Shown piece by piece: positions 13,355-25,307 of a stretch of DNA of 64,000 nt (its first letter is position 1; each line of letters begins with the position of its first letter). A program made the translations under genes and the position numbers. The DNA is from Paraspadella gotoi (Eukaryota; Animalia; Chaetognatha). Below the pieces are notes generated by a model. That model made no database searches. It was given only the letters and a program-made list of their open reading frames with translations, and was not told the DNA's origin. Location: assembly GCA_051294375.1 (NCBI GenBank), contig CM119263.1, positions 18,252,628 to 18,316,627 of the forward strand, read 5' to 3'.

Positions 13355-16300
13355 GTGAGTTTTGTGAGAGAGTTGATGGGTAGGGCTGGGCGGGAGGGTA
13401 AAACTTCTGTGAAGTGAGCAGAAAGAGCAAGAGTCCAAAGTCAGGTTGTGTAAGGGTTTTAAAAAAAATTTAGGGGATTCTTCGGCACTTTAAGTTTTAT
13501 AAGTCCGACTTAAATGCTCTCTGTTCTCGTAGATAATACCAAATAAATACTATCTTTAACCCTCTAAGCCGTCAGTAAACATTTGTTGTTTTGTGGTTTT
13601 TCCGAATACAAATAAAGGATTAACAAGCGACCCTGGGTTAAACTGTAAGTGAGGGATCGGGGTTGTTGCCGTTGGAGGGCGGATGGAAATGAGTTGGGGC
13701 TTTTGGATCCTTTGGAGTTGGACGCTCTTCAATCAAATGGAAGATTTACGAGATTTAGACGCGGGAAGGCAAAGACCAAAGAAATTTCAGATTGATTCCT
13801 AACATTTAAAACTATTTTGTAAAACAGTAGGGAGCTATTGTCTTTTCTTTATTTGACTATGTATGATTGTAGATAAAGAAAATACTCCTAATTATTCCTG
13901 TCGATGTTTGCTTGAATTATTTAATATATCTGCATTTTATTTGTTTATTTGAGTAGAATTTTTTAATGTTGTTATTCGTGAATTCAACGGCTTTGTATCG
14001 TTAGAAAAAAAGAAAATGAATTGGAATGAATATGATTTTAATTTTTTCACTCGGGTTCTTGGCAATGTCGCCCACGCACCACGTTCTACTGAGATTTAAA
14101 GGGAGGGGAGTAAAGACTAAAGAGAGAACGAGAGAAAAATTGATTGTCCTTTGTTTTTTGTACCTACATTAGACATGCTAAAAATTCGTCAAATGGAACT
14201 CTTTGAAACAACGTATAATTGATGGCTGGCGTCGGAGACTAAAAGTTATGTGGTTTTTCACGTTTCCAGAAATATTGTTGAAATTTTAAATCTACATAAT
14301 AACAAAAAAGAGATTATCCTTTTCTAAAATTCGCTTAATTCCTAAATCCAAAAGTAAAAAAAAAAAATTAAAATTAAAAATTAAATAAAATTCGCCTGAC
14401 TGAAACTCGTGAAATTATTCATGACTGCAAATGACGAGGAAGGCAATAAGAATAAATATAAAACATAAAAACCCAGTTTTCGCGTCGGCAGCGACCAAAT
14501 CGCTCTCGCTCGTTTTTTCGAGTTTGTTTTTTTTTTCGCCTTCCGTCCCGCGTCCGTCGAAATGGCTTCCATTCAGAGCCCAACATCCGCGACCAACATT
14601 AATTCCAGTCAGGTTCCCGCATCCGACAAGGGGGTTTTTTTTCTAAGGCGTTCGAAGAGTGAGAGGCCGGGGTGGGGGCGGGGGTGTACGGTAGGCAGAT
14701 TGAAAAGAGAGAGAGAAGAGGGGTTACGAAATGAAAGCAGCGGGGGATTAGGGAGGGTGAGGATGGGTAAGGCGCAGTGGAGGAATCGTGAGAACGTTAG
14801 GGGAGTCAGGGCACAAATGGGGGGATAAGCACATTGAACAAGTCAAGAGATGATTTAAAGGAAAGCACAGTGCCCACATTTTCGCCCTCTCCCCTGCCTT
14901 TTCGCCGCGAACTGTTTATAATTTCAATCTCGTTTGAATATTATCGTCTGCTTTAGTCTTGCGTAGTCGAAACGGTCTTTTTATCTAGAACGGTGCGGGG
15001 GAAAGAAATGTTTAAACTAAGTAAAAAAGAATCAAAGAAAAAACTACAAATTATTGTCAGAGTCGCACGACATCGGAAAGTTTTGACGGCGACACCGCGT
15101 GGGCAGGAAAACAGGGCGACGTTGCAAATGTGGAGTGGGATGTGGACGCCCGGCGGCGGGGCGGTGACAAGGCACTGAAATCCAACAAAAGGAAACGAGG
15201 CCTTTGGTGAAGCATGAAAAAATCAAACGAATCTACGATTCTTGATTCGGGCTTCGAAAAGTGAGTCGGTGAAAGTAACACGAAGAGATTGAGGTGATAA
15301 ACGCGTTTTTTGAAAAGTGAAGACCAGCTCTTCTGACCATGGCAGATAAATTGTCTTGTTTTAAAATCTTACATATATGTAGAGCCGTGGTCATTAAAAG
15401 ACGATACATAGAGTTTTACTTCGTAAGATTCCATGTAATCTTCTGATTAATATTTTGACAATCATTGCCCATATAAAGCAATCATTACGTTCACAAATAC
15501 AAATGATAGTGGCCAGTTGATAGATGCTCTACCAAAATGTGGTACACAAGATGTAGATGCGAAGCCAAATGCCATCTGAAAGCAGATGCGGGACAGGGGC
15601 GTGGTCCGAGAAACGGAGACGAACGGGAGGCGAAAATGTGGGATCCGGATCGTGGGGGGGGGGAAGGATTTAGTTCCGACCGAAGTTCCATAATTAACGA
15701 TGGAAATACTTTTTTTTATATTTTTTAGTCGCCGAGAAATTAAGGAGAAAAACCGATAAAACGGAGCAATAAACATCCGAAGCCGGAAGCAAAAACTAGA
15801 CACGCACACCTAAGAACGAAAGTGGGGGACAAGTTAAATGTTGATAGACGAGAACACTCATCCTGCACACTTTCTGGCACACTTTCTCGAGTTTTGTCCC
15901 GCGCAAACTAACCCATAAAAGTTGAATATCATACCTAAATACACGTGCAAAGACACGCAAAAAAGCAATATCATTATCGAAAGGAAATTTCCTGATCCCC
16001 ATTTCCTCCCCTAGTTTGGAGTCTGGAAACAAAAAATTTATAGTCCGGAAAATCATCGTCACCCTATCCGTCGTCAGGCTGGGTGTCGTTGACGTCGTCG
16101 TCATCGTCGTCAGTGTCGTTGCAAATTATCTCACGCGACATTATCGTTGTCATCCATCCGTCGTGGACGTGACCTGGACCGTAACGACCCAACGGTGACG
16201 GTCAAATTATCAATCTACATACGTAGTGAAGTCTGAAAAAACTTATGGCGGTGTTATCGCTATGCTGGATAGGATATCGCTGATCACGGTAGGACGGTAG

Positions 16301-16556
16301 GTGGTGTACCTATGTTGTGGTCGTCGTCGTCGTCGTTTCCAGCCTCTAGATTCCTTCTAAGGATTTTCGTCGTCGTTGTCGTCGTCTGCTTCTCTTGCTT
16401 TCTATTCCTCCTTCCTTCTTCCTTCTCTCCTCCTCTTCCGTGAAACAGCTTTTACGAGTTTGTTTTTGCTAAATTTCATTCACCCAACAAATTCGTGAAT
16501 ATGGAATTTTCAAAGGAGAAAGAGAGAGGGAGGGAGATAGGAGAGAAAGTATTAGA

Positions 16557-16589
<33 letters not shown>

Positions 16590-16887
16590 GCAAGAAAAGA
16601 AAAAAGAAAGAGAGAAAAAAAGAAAGAAAGAAAGAAAGAAAGAAGAAAGAAAGAAAGAAAGAAACAAAGAAACAAAGAAAGAATTTTTTTTTTCTGAAAT
16701 AAAAAAGACAATTTGACAATTAAGACAATAAGAAGATTAAACGATTAAACGATTAGTATTGAGCAAGAAAAATTGCACTAATGGCACTAAAAATAAAATT
16801 CAAACAATTAAGGATCATTGCGGACATTGCAAATTGGAAAAGTATTAAAATATATCAATGAAAATCATGAGTGAATATTATCATTAC

Positions 16888-17034
16888 ACTAGGCCATTTG
16901 CCATTTTTTTTTTTTTAGTCATAGACAGAAACTTGGCAAATGAAAAAAAAAAGTAAATACTATCATTATGGTACCTAACATTTATACTAGGCCATTGCCT
17001 CTTTTTTTTTTTTTAAGTCATAGACAGAAACTTG
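16888..17034. repeat. Two-copy ~100-bp tandem repeat in AC intron
   Basis: actaggccatt..gcc-polyT-agtcatagacagaaacttg occurs at ~16888 and ~16987. Confidence 0.75.
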
Positions 17035-17279
17035 TCAATTTTTTTTTTTAAACTGATCATAAATAGAAAGGCATAAATACCAGATTAAAATTATTGGAAA
17101 TTACCCTTATTCCTAATTATTATTATTCTTTATCGTTAATGATACTATTATTATTTTAATCATTATTACTATTATTATTTTTACATTATTTATTATTATT
17201 ATTATTATATTACTATGATTGGAATTACTATTAAAAAAAAGAAAGAAAAAAAAAAAAAAAAAAGAAAGAAGAAAAGAAA

Positions 17280-17317
17280 GAGAGAGAGAGAGAGAGATTG
17301 AGAGGAGAGAGAGAGAG

Positions 17318-17372
<55 letters not shown>

Positions 17373-17386
17373 GGAGAGAGAGAGAG

Positions 17387-17428
<42 letters not shown>

Positions 17429-17485
17429 AGAGGAGAGAGAGGAGAGAGAGAGAGAAAGAGAGAGAGAGAAAGAGAGAGAGAGAAA

Positions 17486-17515
<30 letters not shown>
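17280..17515. repeat. (GA)n microsatellite
   Basis: Long interrupted GA run. Confidence 0.97.
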
Positions 17516-17517
<2 letters not shown>

Positions 17518-18257
17518 CGTTTTCCGCGAGATAACGGATAAATTATGCAAGGGTCCCAGTTTTTTCCCCATCTTCACGATTCTTTATTAGAGGAAAGATG
17601 CATATCGAAGTTTGCGCTCGGTCGCTTCATTTCCGGTTCAGGTTGCGCGGTTCAGTTAACAGCTTCCGTCCAAAGAGTTCCCTTTTTTCTCGCGACTGTA
17701 GAAACATTGAGACACTGTCTAATTGTTTATTTTGTTCTTTCACCGACTTATTCGCTTCGCGGAACTTTTAAATGTGATAATCATGCATCACGTTTTAAAC
17801 TACTTGCAAATTCTCTTTTATCAAACGTAAGTGAAAAGATAAGGCGAAAACGTCAGCCGTGAATTCAAGAGATAAGTAATGAAAAATGCTCATTCTTATC
17901 AGAGTAAGTGTCACGAGATTTCCGCGATCCGCCATGATGGACCATATCTCCGATTTTTCGCTCCAACGTCATTTTCTTTCCTCCAACCGCTCGTTCCCTT
18001 TTTTTTCCTGAGAGTTTTTTTCCCCCTTTTTTAAAAAATTTAATATTCACCCCTGCGTTCATTCATGATTTTTTTCCCCTCCCTTTTCATCTTTTCATTC
18101 ACATCCATTTGAACGCGGGGCTCAGTCCCATTCAAACTCCTTTCATTCCTTGCGCCAGGACTTCTATTCCTTCTTTTCCCTTTTCAACCAACCTTTTTTT
18201 TTGTCCGTCCGTACCTTCCAACATCCCTCAATCCGTCTCTCTCTCTCTCTGTCCCAG

Positions 18258-18382
18258 GCATGAACTACGGTCCGGTAATCGCGGGCGTCATCGGCGCGCG
18301 GAAGCCGCAATACGACATCTGGGGCGACACAGTCAACGTCGCGTCGAGAATGGACTCGACTGGCATCGAGGACAAAATACAG
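18258..18382 (+). CDS. Adenylyl cyclase exon (C2a catalytic core)
   Basis: tcccag| ... CAG|gtgcga. Encodes [42 protein letters not shown] with catalytic D, N and R intact. Confidence 0.98.
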
Positions 18383-18518
18383 GTGCGAACAGGTGCCACT
18401 GGAGGTGGAGAAGAATCTTCTGTTATTTGTGAATACATAAACCAAAAAAAATCAAGGTAGCAAGGATGAGTTGTATCGTAACTGGTGCTTTTATTGTTCA
18501 TCTTCCGTTTTGGCCTAG

Positions 18519-18671
18519 GTGACGGACAAGACGTACCGCATCCTGAATCAGCGTGGTTTCGTTTTGAGTCCGCGCGGGGTCATCCCGGTCAAAGGGAAAG
18601 GTCAACTGCAGACGTTTTTCCTCGAAGGCAGAGGCGAACGAAAGTCACCTCCTTTCCAGGGATTCAGGTGA
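18519..18671 (+). CDS. Adenylyl cyclase exon (end of C2a; terminal if read to TGA)
   Basis: cctag|. Encodes VTDKTYRILNQRGFVLSPRGVIPVKGKGQLQTFFLEG...QGFR* (RG.I.VKGKG motif). The stop overlaps a potential AG|gtgagg donor. Confidence 0.93.
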   Translation: MTDKTYRILNQRGFVLSPRGVIPVKGKGQLQTFFLEGRGERKSPPFQGFR

Positions 18672-19374
18672 GGTCGGAAGCGGTTGAGATCTTGGGTAGG
18701 TCGGCCGCAGCTGCTTTTCCTTTCGTGTTTTCGACTCGCACCGTTCAGCGCCAAAACGCAGCACAGATCAATCATAACTGCCTTTTTTATTTTTTTTTTA
18801 AATAAAGTTTTATATATTAGATTATCTTATTCACTTTTATACATATTTTTCAAAATACTCTTTCTCGAATTCGAAAAAAGTTTCACCAAAAAAAAACCAA
18901 GGATTTTCTTTCACGTCTGAAAGTTGCTTTGTTATTAAATATAAAATAACTATCTCCTTGTATCATCTAAATGGTAACATTCTTTTTCTCCCTGTTTTTT
19001 CTCCCCTTCATTCCCGCTCGAACCTTTCGCTAAAAATCATTTTCCCTTTTTCGCTTTTGATCGTAAAAAAAAAAAAAAAAAATATCGCTTTCTTCATCGA
19101 TTCTTTTCACATTTCATCGTTAAACGACACCCTGTCTAATTGTTAATCCATCGCTCTCTCACGATTATCTTCATAATTATATATCGTTATTCTATGATTA
19201 TAATGTATCTATAATCTAACGGATCTTGATTCCCTATTCCTAATTCTAAAAATATCATCCATTAACGTCTAACAACGCCCATCCTCCGCTCACCAAACGT
19301 AAAAAAAACGTTATCCAACCACCGCCCACTTCCTGTTTAACCAAATCACCCCGCCCTACTCGGGCGCCCCCCAG

Positions 19375-19501
19375 TCCTCCGAGACCCGAGAAGGCCGTAG
19401 AGAGTCTGGGCCGCGCCTCCTTCCGAGGCAGCGTGTCCCTGTGTCTGCCGCCGAACTTCGTTCCCGCCTTCGTCATGGAGACCAAAAAAGTCAAACCCTG
19501 A
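19375..19501 (+). CDS. Candidate alternative terminal exon (C2b tail) of the adenylyl cyclase
   Basis: GC-rich island, ccccccag| acceptor phase-compatible with the donor after 18667. Gives (S)PPRPEKAVESLGRASFRGSVSLCLPPNFVPAFVMETKKVKP*. Confidence 0.5.
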
Positions 19502-19543
19502 GGAAGGAAAGAAGAGGAGAGAGGGGGAGGCGGAGGAGGCAGT

Positions 19544-19591
<48 letters not shown>

Positions 19592-20901
19592 TTCGGGTTA
19601 TAACGGAGGAGTTAGGAAGTGAGTCGAAATGAATTATTCCCGTTTCCGTCTATCTTTTTATATATATATATATTTTTCAGGAATGCACTGTCCGTTTTTT
19701 GCAAAGAAAGATCAATAAGGATGAAACAGGAATATTACATATTAAGCATATTAACGCATATCATACCGCTATAGTTCTACTTCTAGGTATTTTGAAAAAA
19801 ATATAAAAAAATATGAGCAATCCACAAGACGTCAATGTCGCAAAGCAACATTATCTTTTAAAAAAAAATTAACAATTCTTTGAAATTAAAATTTTAAAAC
19901 ATTAAACTAATTATTTCGTGATCAATACGATCGAATAAAGCTAAAATTACAAGTCTTTTCAGAGCATTGAGAAGCCTTTTGTTTTTCAATATCAAAGAAG
20001 CGCAAGAGCATGAGCAAGAGGTGCCCTCTTGAGTAATTTTTCCTATTGGGAGCTAAAATCATAATCAAACATAAGTTTAACTAACATTTGGGCGTGCGAG
20101 AAAAGTAAATTTTTAACCTTCTAGTGATGTGATTTTAGAGTTTTCCTTTTTTCAATAAAATTTTTTAATCGCCCCAACGTAAATTTTTATTCATAACAAT
20201 GCCATAGTATTAAAAATTATATTCAAATCATGGTATTATTACCGATTCGGAATTTCGCAACGCGCTGATTTATATTTTTCGGTGGTGTTAAATGATTCTT
20301 ATAGGAATGCGAATGTCTTATGAACGATAAATAATGTTGCATACCACTGTTAAATGTATAATGTTCTGTTATGTATTGTCTTTTATCAGAAAAACTTAAG
20401 CATTTGGGCTTGTTAATTTTATAGTTTTGCTTAAACATACAAAAAATAAAAAAAGGGTACAATTACTAACGGTTAACGCAACTTTCAGATTATTTTGCTT
20501 TTATTCAACATTACAAAATGTTACTACTTAAATGGTACTTAAATGCCAAATAACAGATAGATTAATGTTATAAATGTTTAACGATTGAGAATTTGGCATA
20601 TAAGACCTGTTATCTATCTCACCGTTACGTTTGTTTTTATAAATTATAAGATTCTATCGTTTTATTTTTAGTTGTCAATATTGTAAACTCGTTGCCAAAC
20701 TTGAAAAGTCTCGCATTTCTCGTTTCATTTGTTTAGAATGTTTTTAGTTCATAAGTTTTATGATTTATTATTCGTTGTTTTTTTTTTCTCAAACGACGCC
20801 TGCACTGAAGCCTATCTCGCCTGTTAAGTAAATCAGAGGACAAGAAAATTACAAGTATATTAATTTAATTATCTAGGTTTTATCTAACTTTCACGTTTTA
20901 G

Positions 20902-22104
20902 GCGATCGAACCAACCATCGTTGGCCACGTTAGTTTGTGGCTTGGTCCAAAGCAGAGCGAGAGCAGCACCCAAGCAGAAAGGTAAGCTTTACTTTAGAGG
21001 CTAGAAAAGAGACAGCTATTGTTAGAAAAATGTGTTTTTTTTACGATGAAAATCAAGTGAAAAAAACGGATGGTTAAATGGTCGTATCTGCGTAGAATAA
21101 TTTTGGCGAATAATTTTGGCTTATATTCGTGTTACTTTATAGTATTATATGACTCAAAACACACGAATACAGCCTCAACAGCCGGTCGGTCGGATGCATC
21201 TAAAACGCGAACTCAAACGACTTCTTCAGGCTATACCACAAACTCGTCGACGCCGGCTTCGGTCGGAGCAGACGATCACGACGACGAAATGTTCGACATC
21301 TCCGTCACATCCCCGTCCGGTTAGTTGCAAGAAGGCCAAATAATGCCGAGTGAAACGAGTTATCAGTTCGTACTTTTAAGTTTAATTAAAAAATAAGAGA
21401 GACAAGGGACCAGTGGTACTGTGTCTTTAATGTTTAGGAATCAACGTTTTGATCTCCGAAGGCAGCGACCCTGGCGACGAGAACCGATCCGAGATTTCCG
21501 AAGCAAAAGATCAACTTAAAAGTCAGAAGTAAGAAACTTACTGACTTTCGAATTATTTTTTTTTTTACAATGTGGCCCCAGTCATATGGTTCTAATGTGA
21601 AAACGAATGTATTAAGACTGGTAGGAATTTACAATAACATCACAATTTGCAGGATAAAATTGACTAAGATTCCAAAAACTTCGAAAACAAATTCTCCTGA
21701 GCCGACGCTTTCTAAGACCAACGGGGACGCAGGTAATACCGTCCGGATGGCTTGCCCCCAGTTTACAGTTGTTTAACGTTATTTAAAAAACGTATAATTT
21801 TTTTGGGTTAATATTTAACATAATATTGTTATTCTTTCCCATTTGACATTTAGGCACGATGACCAATCATTCTTCCGACCACAAAGACGGCGAAAATGAT
21901 GCCGAGACGGAGAACGCGGCGACGGAAGGCGCGCCGAGAGACGAGGCGTCCAGGGAGAGCGAGGCGACGCAAAATAGCGCCGTCGGGGATGGCGCCCCCA
22001 AAGACGGCGCCGTTACGAGACGCGGTTTCGCGACGCGGCGATCTCTATCGAACGACGACGCGGAACTTCCGTCATCCAGCGCCGGGCTGCTGAAGAAGCG
22101 ATGA
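20902..22104 (+). CDS. Orphan multi-exon gene for a Ser/Thr/Asp/Glu-rich, probably disordered protein (5' end not found). Exons 20902-20981, 21143-21319, 21438-21528, 21653-21732, 21854-22104
   Basis: Four consecutive GT-AG introns, all phase-compatible (1,1,2,1), give one open frame ...RSNQPSLATLVCGLVQ...DDHDDEMFDISVTSPSGINVLISEGSD...IKLTKIPK...SSSAGLLKKR*. No domain recognised. Confidence 0.7.
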
Positions 22105-24083
22105 CCAACGATCGTCTGTGACTGCATTAATTACGATCATTGATGGGCCTCGCTTGTTGGACAGGCTATGATGGAGGCAAAAAAGAGCGACTTGTCGTGG
22201 GGCTGAGGAAAAAAAAATGAATAGCTGTTGTTTTAGCAGTTTCTTTAGCTATCATCAATCAAAGTAGCTGGTTCAACGTTTCAATCTGAACTCTCAAAAG
22301 CAAAAGTTAAAAAGGACGTCAAAGAAGAGAAAGAACTTATGCGAAAAGGGAAGAGTATTTTTAATTAATAAGTGGAGAATATTGAGAGAGATTAAACGTA
22401 CGTTTGACAATCTAGAACTGACTGAAGAACGAAACTTTTTTCACCATAGTTCGGGCTGGAATTTGGTGAAGCACCATCAATAGTCATGGTCAAATAATAA
22501 AATCCTTCATCGGCTAAACAAATACTCTGTGTTTTCTGTACTTTTATTTACAACGGTTTTCAATACTACGTAATGTTGGGAAAACAGCTTTATTTTAGGC
22601 TTTTCTGGTTACGGTTTTCATTGAGATTAGTATCGATTTAACTGCTCTCAAAAATTTATTTTTTTTTGGCAGTCTTGAGTGTTTTCATTTCAATCTTTGA
22701 TTGAGCCTTATAATCTCAAATGCATGTTCTACTTAAACTGTATTCAGCTGTAACCCACGTGAAAATCCCAACTCTTTTTATCTTGGAAATTAAAAAAAAT
22801 CATGTTTTTGTTCGTCACCGCTGTTTATCGTCTATCAAATGTAACGTTTATAGTTAAAATTTTCTTGTTAACAATACGTTAGTTTGCTTCACATATGTTT
22901 TGTTATCATTCATTGTTATTCCCAAGTTTTTTTTTTCTGAAAAAAAGAATTCATCGAAGGACATCATCGGCTTCACTGTTAAATGTTTCATGAAAAATGT
23001 GATATTTTTTGATAGCGTGAATTATGTTGGTCCCAAAACGGAATCGTGTCACACTGTATTCTATGCAATTCTTCTTAAAAACCCATTTTCTCACGAATAT
23101 TCATCTTTGAAATGCCGCTATTTACTTTTGAAACAGAAAAAATTGCTTCCTTCCTTCGTCTGCCAGGAATGTTACTTTCTCCTCATATTTAACTTCACAA
23201 AGACTATGATATTTGACTTATCTTAAGAGCTATTAGTAATATAGTTATTGGTGCTTTGAAGCTTATTATTTTGAACTATAGTTTTTCGAGTCAGTTGTTC
23301 GTAATAATTTATTTATTCGTCGTCGACTGTAGACCGACAGACAGACGGGCTATGGACAATCGGAATGACAACTGTGTCACTTTCATTTATTATTAACGTT
23401 ATGTTAAAAGCTAAGTGTTTAATATTTCGAGTGTATGTGGATATGTATATATGTATGGAACCTACAAGAAGACAGATAAAGTGGCTTATGGTCTTGACGG
23501 TTTCTAAGAAATATACGAAGTTCTGAAGAAGTTTACTTTGTATAATCTGTCTTCTTATCAATATTTTAATGTAGGCTCGAATTTTTTTTTTTTAAATATG
23601 AAAATAAAATAATCTGCGTTTTGATTGATCAATTAATTTTTTTTTACGACTCACTAGATGTCGTGTCGAAACAGTCTTAATTCTTTTGTTTTTCTCCGAA
23701 GGTAAGGTCGAAGATGAGGTTCGAAGAAAAGACTCACCCAAAATACAGTTTAGATCTCAACTCGAGAAAAAGTGTCTTAATCTATTAATTAATAACATTT
23801 GTTCGTATGATACTGTTGGAATTAAACGCATGATATATGAATTTTGGAGGTACGTTCCAGGCTAGATTAATTTTTTTTTAACTGCGCTCAACGGTAAAAA
23901 ATAAATCCTGCCAAGTCTGGGAAATAGACTGTATTCGGATGATTCAAAAAGGAAAAACCTGTTCGACTGGTTTCTGCTGCATTCTAGCCACCTCCAACTG
24001 TCGATTATTCTAAAGCTGAAACTTAGAGATTTTTATTAAAGAAAACTAGCGAATAATAAAACTATAAAACGACTGAAAGAAGA

Positions 24084-25307
24084 ATGGAGATTAACGTTGC
24101 GGCCTTGTTATTGTCATTTGCGTCTCTCCTTGCCGTCACCGAGGCCGGGTTCTTTGATCTCTATTGCTATCGATGCCACAGCAACGAAAAGGGTTGCGGA
24201 CGAAAGCTCAACTGGTGGCTGTTGCAGCGTGAGGTGAGTGACGTCCAATAATACTCGAAACAAAACGGTAACAAAACAATATCAAAACAAAACAAACGCT
24301 TCCCCAGATGTGCGACATGTACAGTCCGAAGTGCGTGAAAATCATCCGAAGAGAAAGAGCGGAGATGTCGTACACCCGCGCCTGTCTGAAGGACTTGAAG
24401 GGCGTCGTGCCCAGGATGCCCATTCACACCAAGAACGGCTGCTGGGGTGAGAATTTCGTTGACGTTTTTTGTGACCTAAGGTTGAGGACAGTTTTTGTTA
24501 TTTCTATCAATTTATATGGACTTCGTAATAAACCAAAGCGGTCCTCTTGAATGTTTTGTCATTTGAAGCCATGACGTTGGATTTCTTTTTCATTTCAGCA
24601 AATATTATCAGATGGGTCTGAAGAAATTAAATTCAAAGTTTACGCGTTTATGACTCTCGATTATCGATTGAAATTTGATTGTCTTGACTCTTGTTTTCCC
24701 TGAGAGAGATCAAAGCAATACATTCTAAGTATTCCGTCTTTGTCAAATCTCTATCTACGAGTTGCAGATTCCTTCAAGCGGCAGGCGAAATTACTTAACA
24801 TTACCTTTCAAATGATAGCTGAGAATTTATTCGGTCTTTGCATAACAGAAGAAAAAAAAAGTTCAATGATCATGTTTGCACCTTAGAGGAAGACAGAAGT
24901 CTTCGAAGGAGTGTGCTATTTAATCATGAATAAATTATTATTTCTACCAAGTTTCAATTTTTTTTCTTCTGGTATGCAAAGACCGAATAAATTCTCAGCT
25001 ATCATTTGAATCTAATCCTGCCAGAATCATGACTCTGAAAATATATTTAACATTACCTTTCCTCACCGTACATACTTAACGTACCAAACATGCCCCGCTC
25101 CTCCCGTTCCTTCCTTCAGGCGGCATGGACCAAAAGACCCCCATGTCCATGGAACAAGTGGAGCAAATAACAGCGGCCAACTTCGAAGTCTTTTGTTTCT
25201 GCGACGAAGTCAACGGATGCAACGCTGCGCCTCTTCCGGTGGCGCGCGCGAGTTCGTGGTCGGCGACGCTGCTTTGTTTAGCCGCCACCCTGTTTCTCCG
25301 ATTGTAG
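24084..25307 (+). CDS. Ly6/uPAR (three-finger) GPI-anchored protein, quiver/sleepless-like, 158 aa. Exons 24084-24233, 24308-24446, 25120-25307
   Basis: Signal peptide MEINVAALLLSFASLLAVTEA, LYCYRC start, 10 Cys ending in CFCDEVNGCN, then a spacer and hydrophobic C-terminal GPI signal. Intron phases 0 and 1 are consistent; 477 nt = 159 codons. Confidence 0.9.
24807..25010. mobile_element. MITE-like element: ~50-bp terminal inverted repeats in intron 2 of the Ly6 gene
   Basis: ttcaaatgatagctgagaatttattcggtctttgcataacagaagaaaaa (from 24807) is the reverse complement, with one mismatch, of tttttcttctggtatgcaaagaccgaataaattctcagctatcatttgaa (ending 25010). No internal ORF. Confidence 0.6.
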
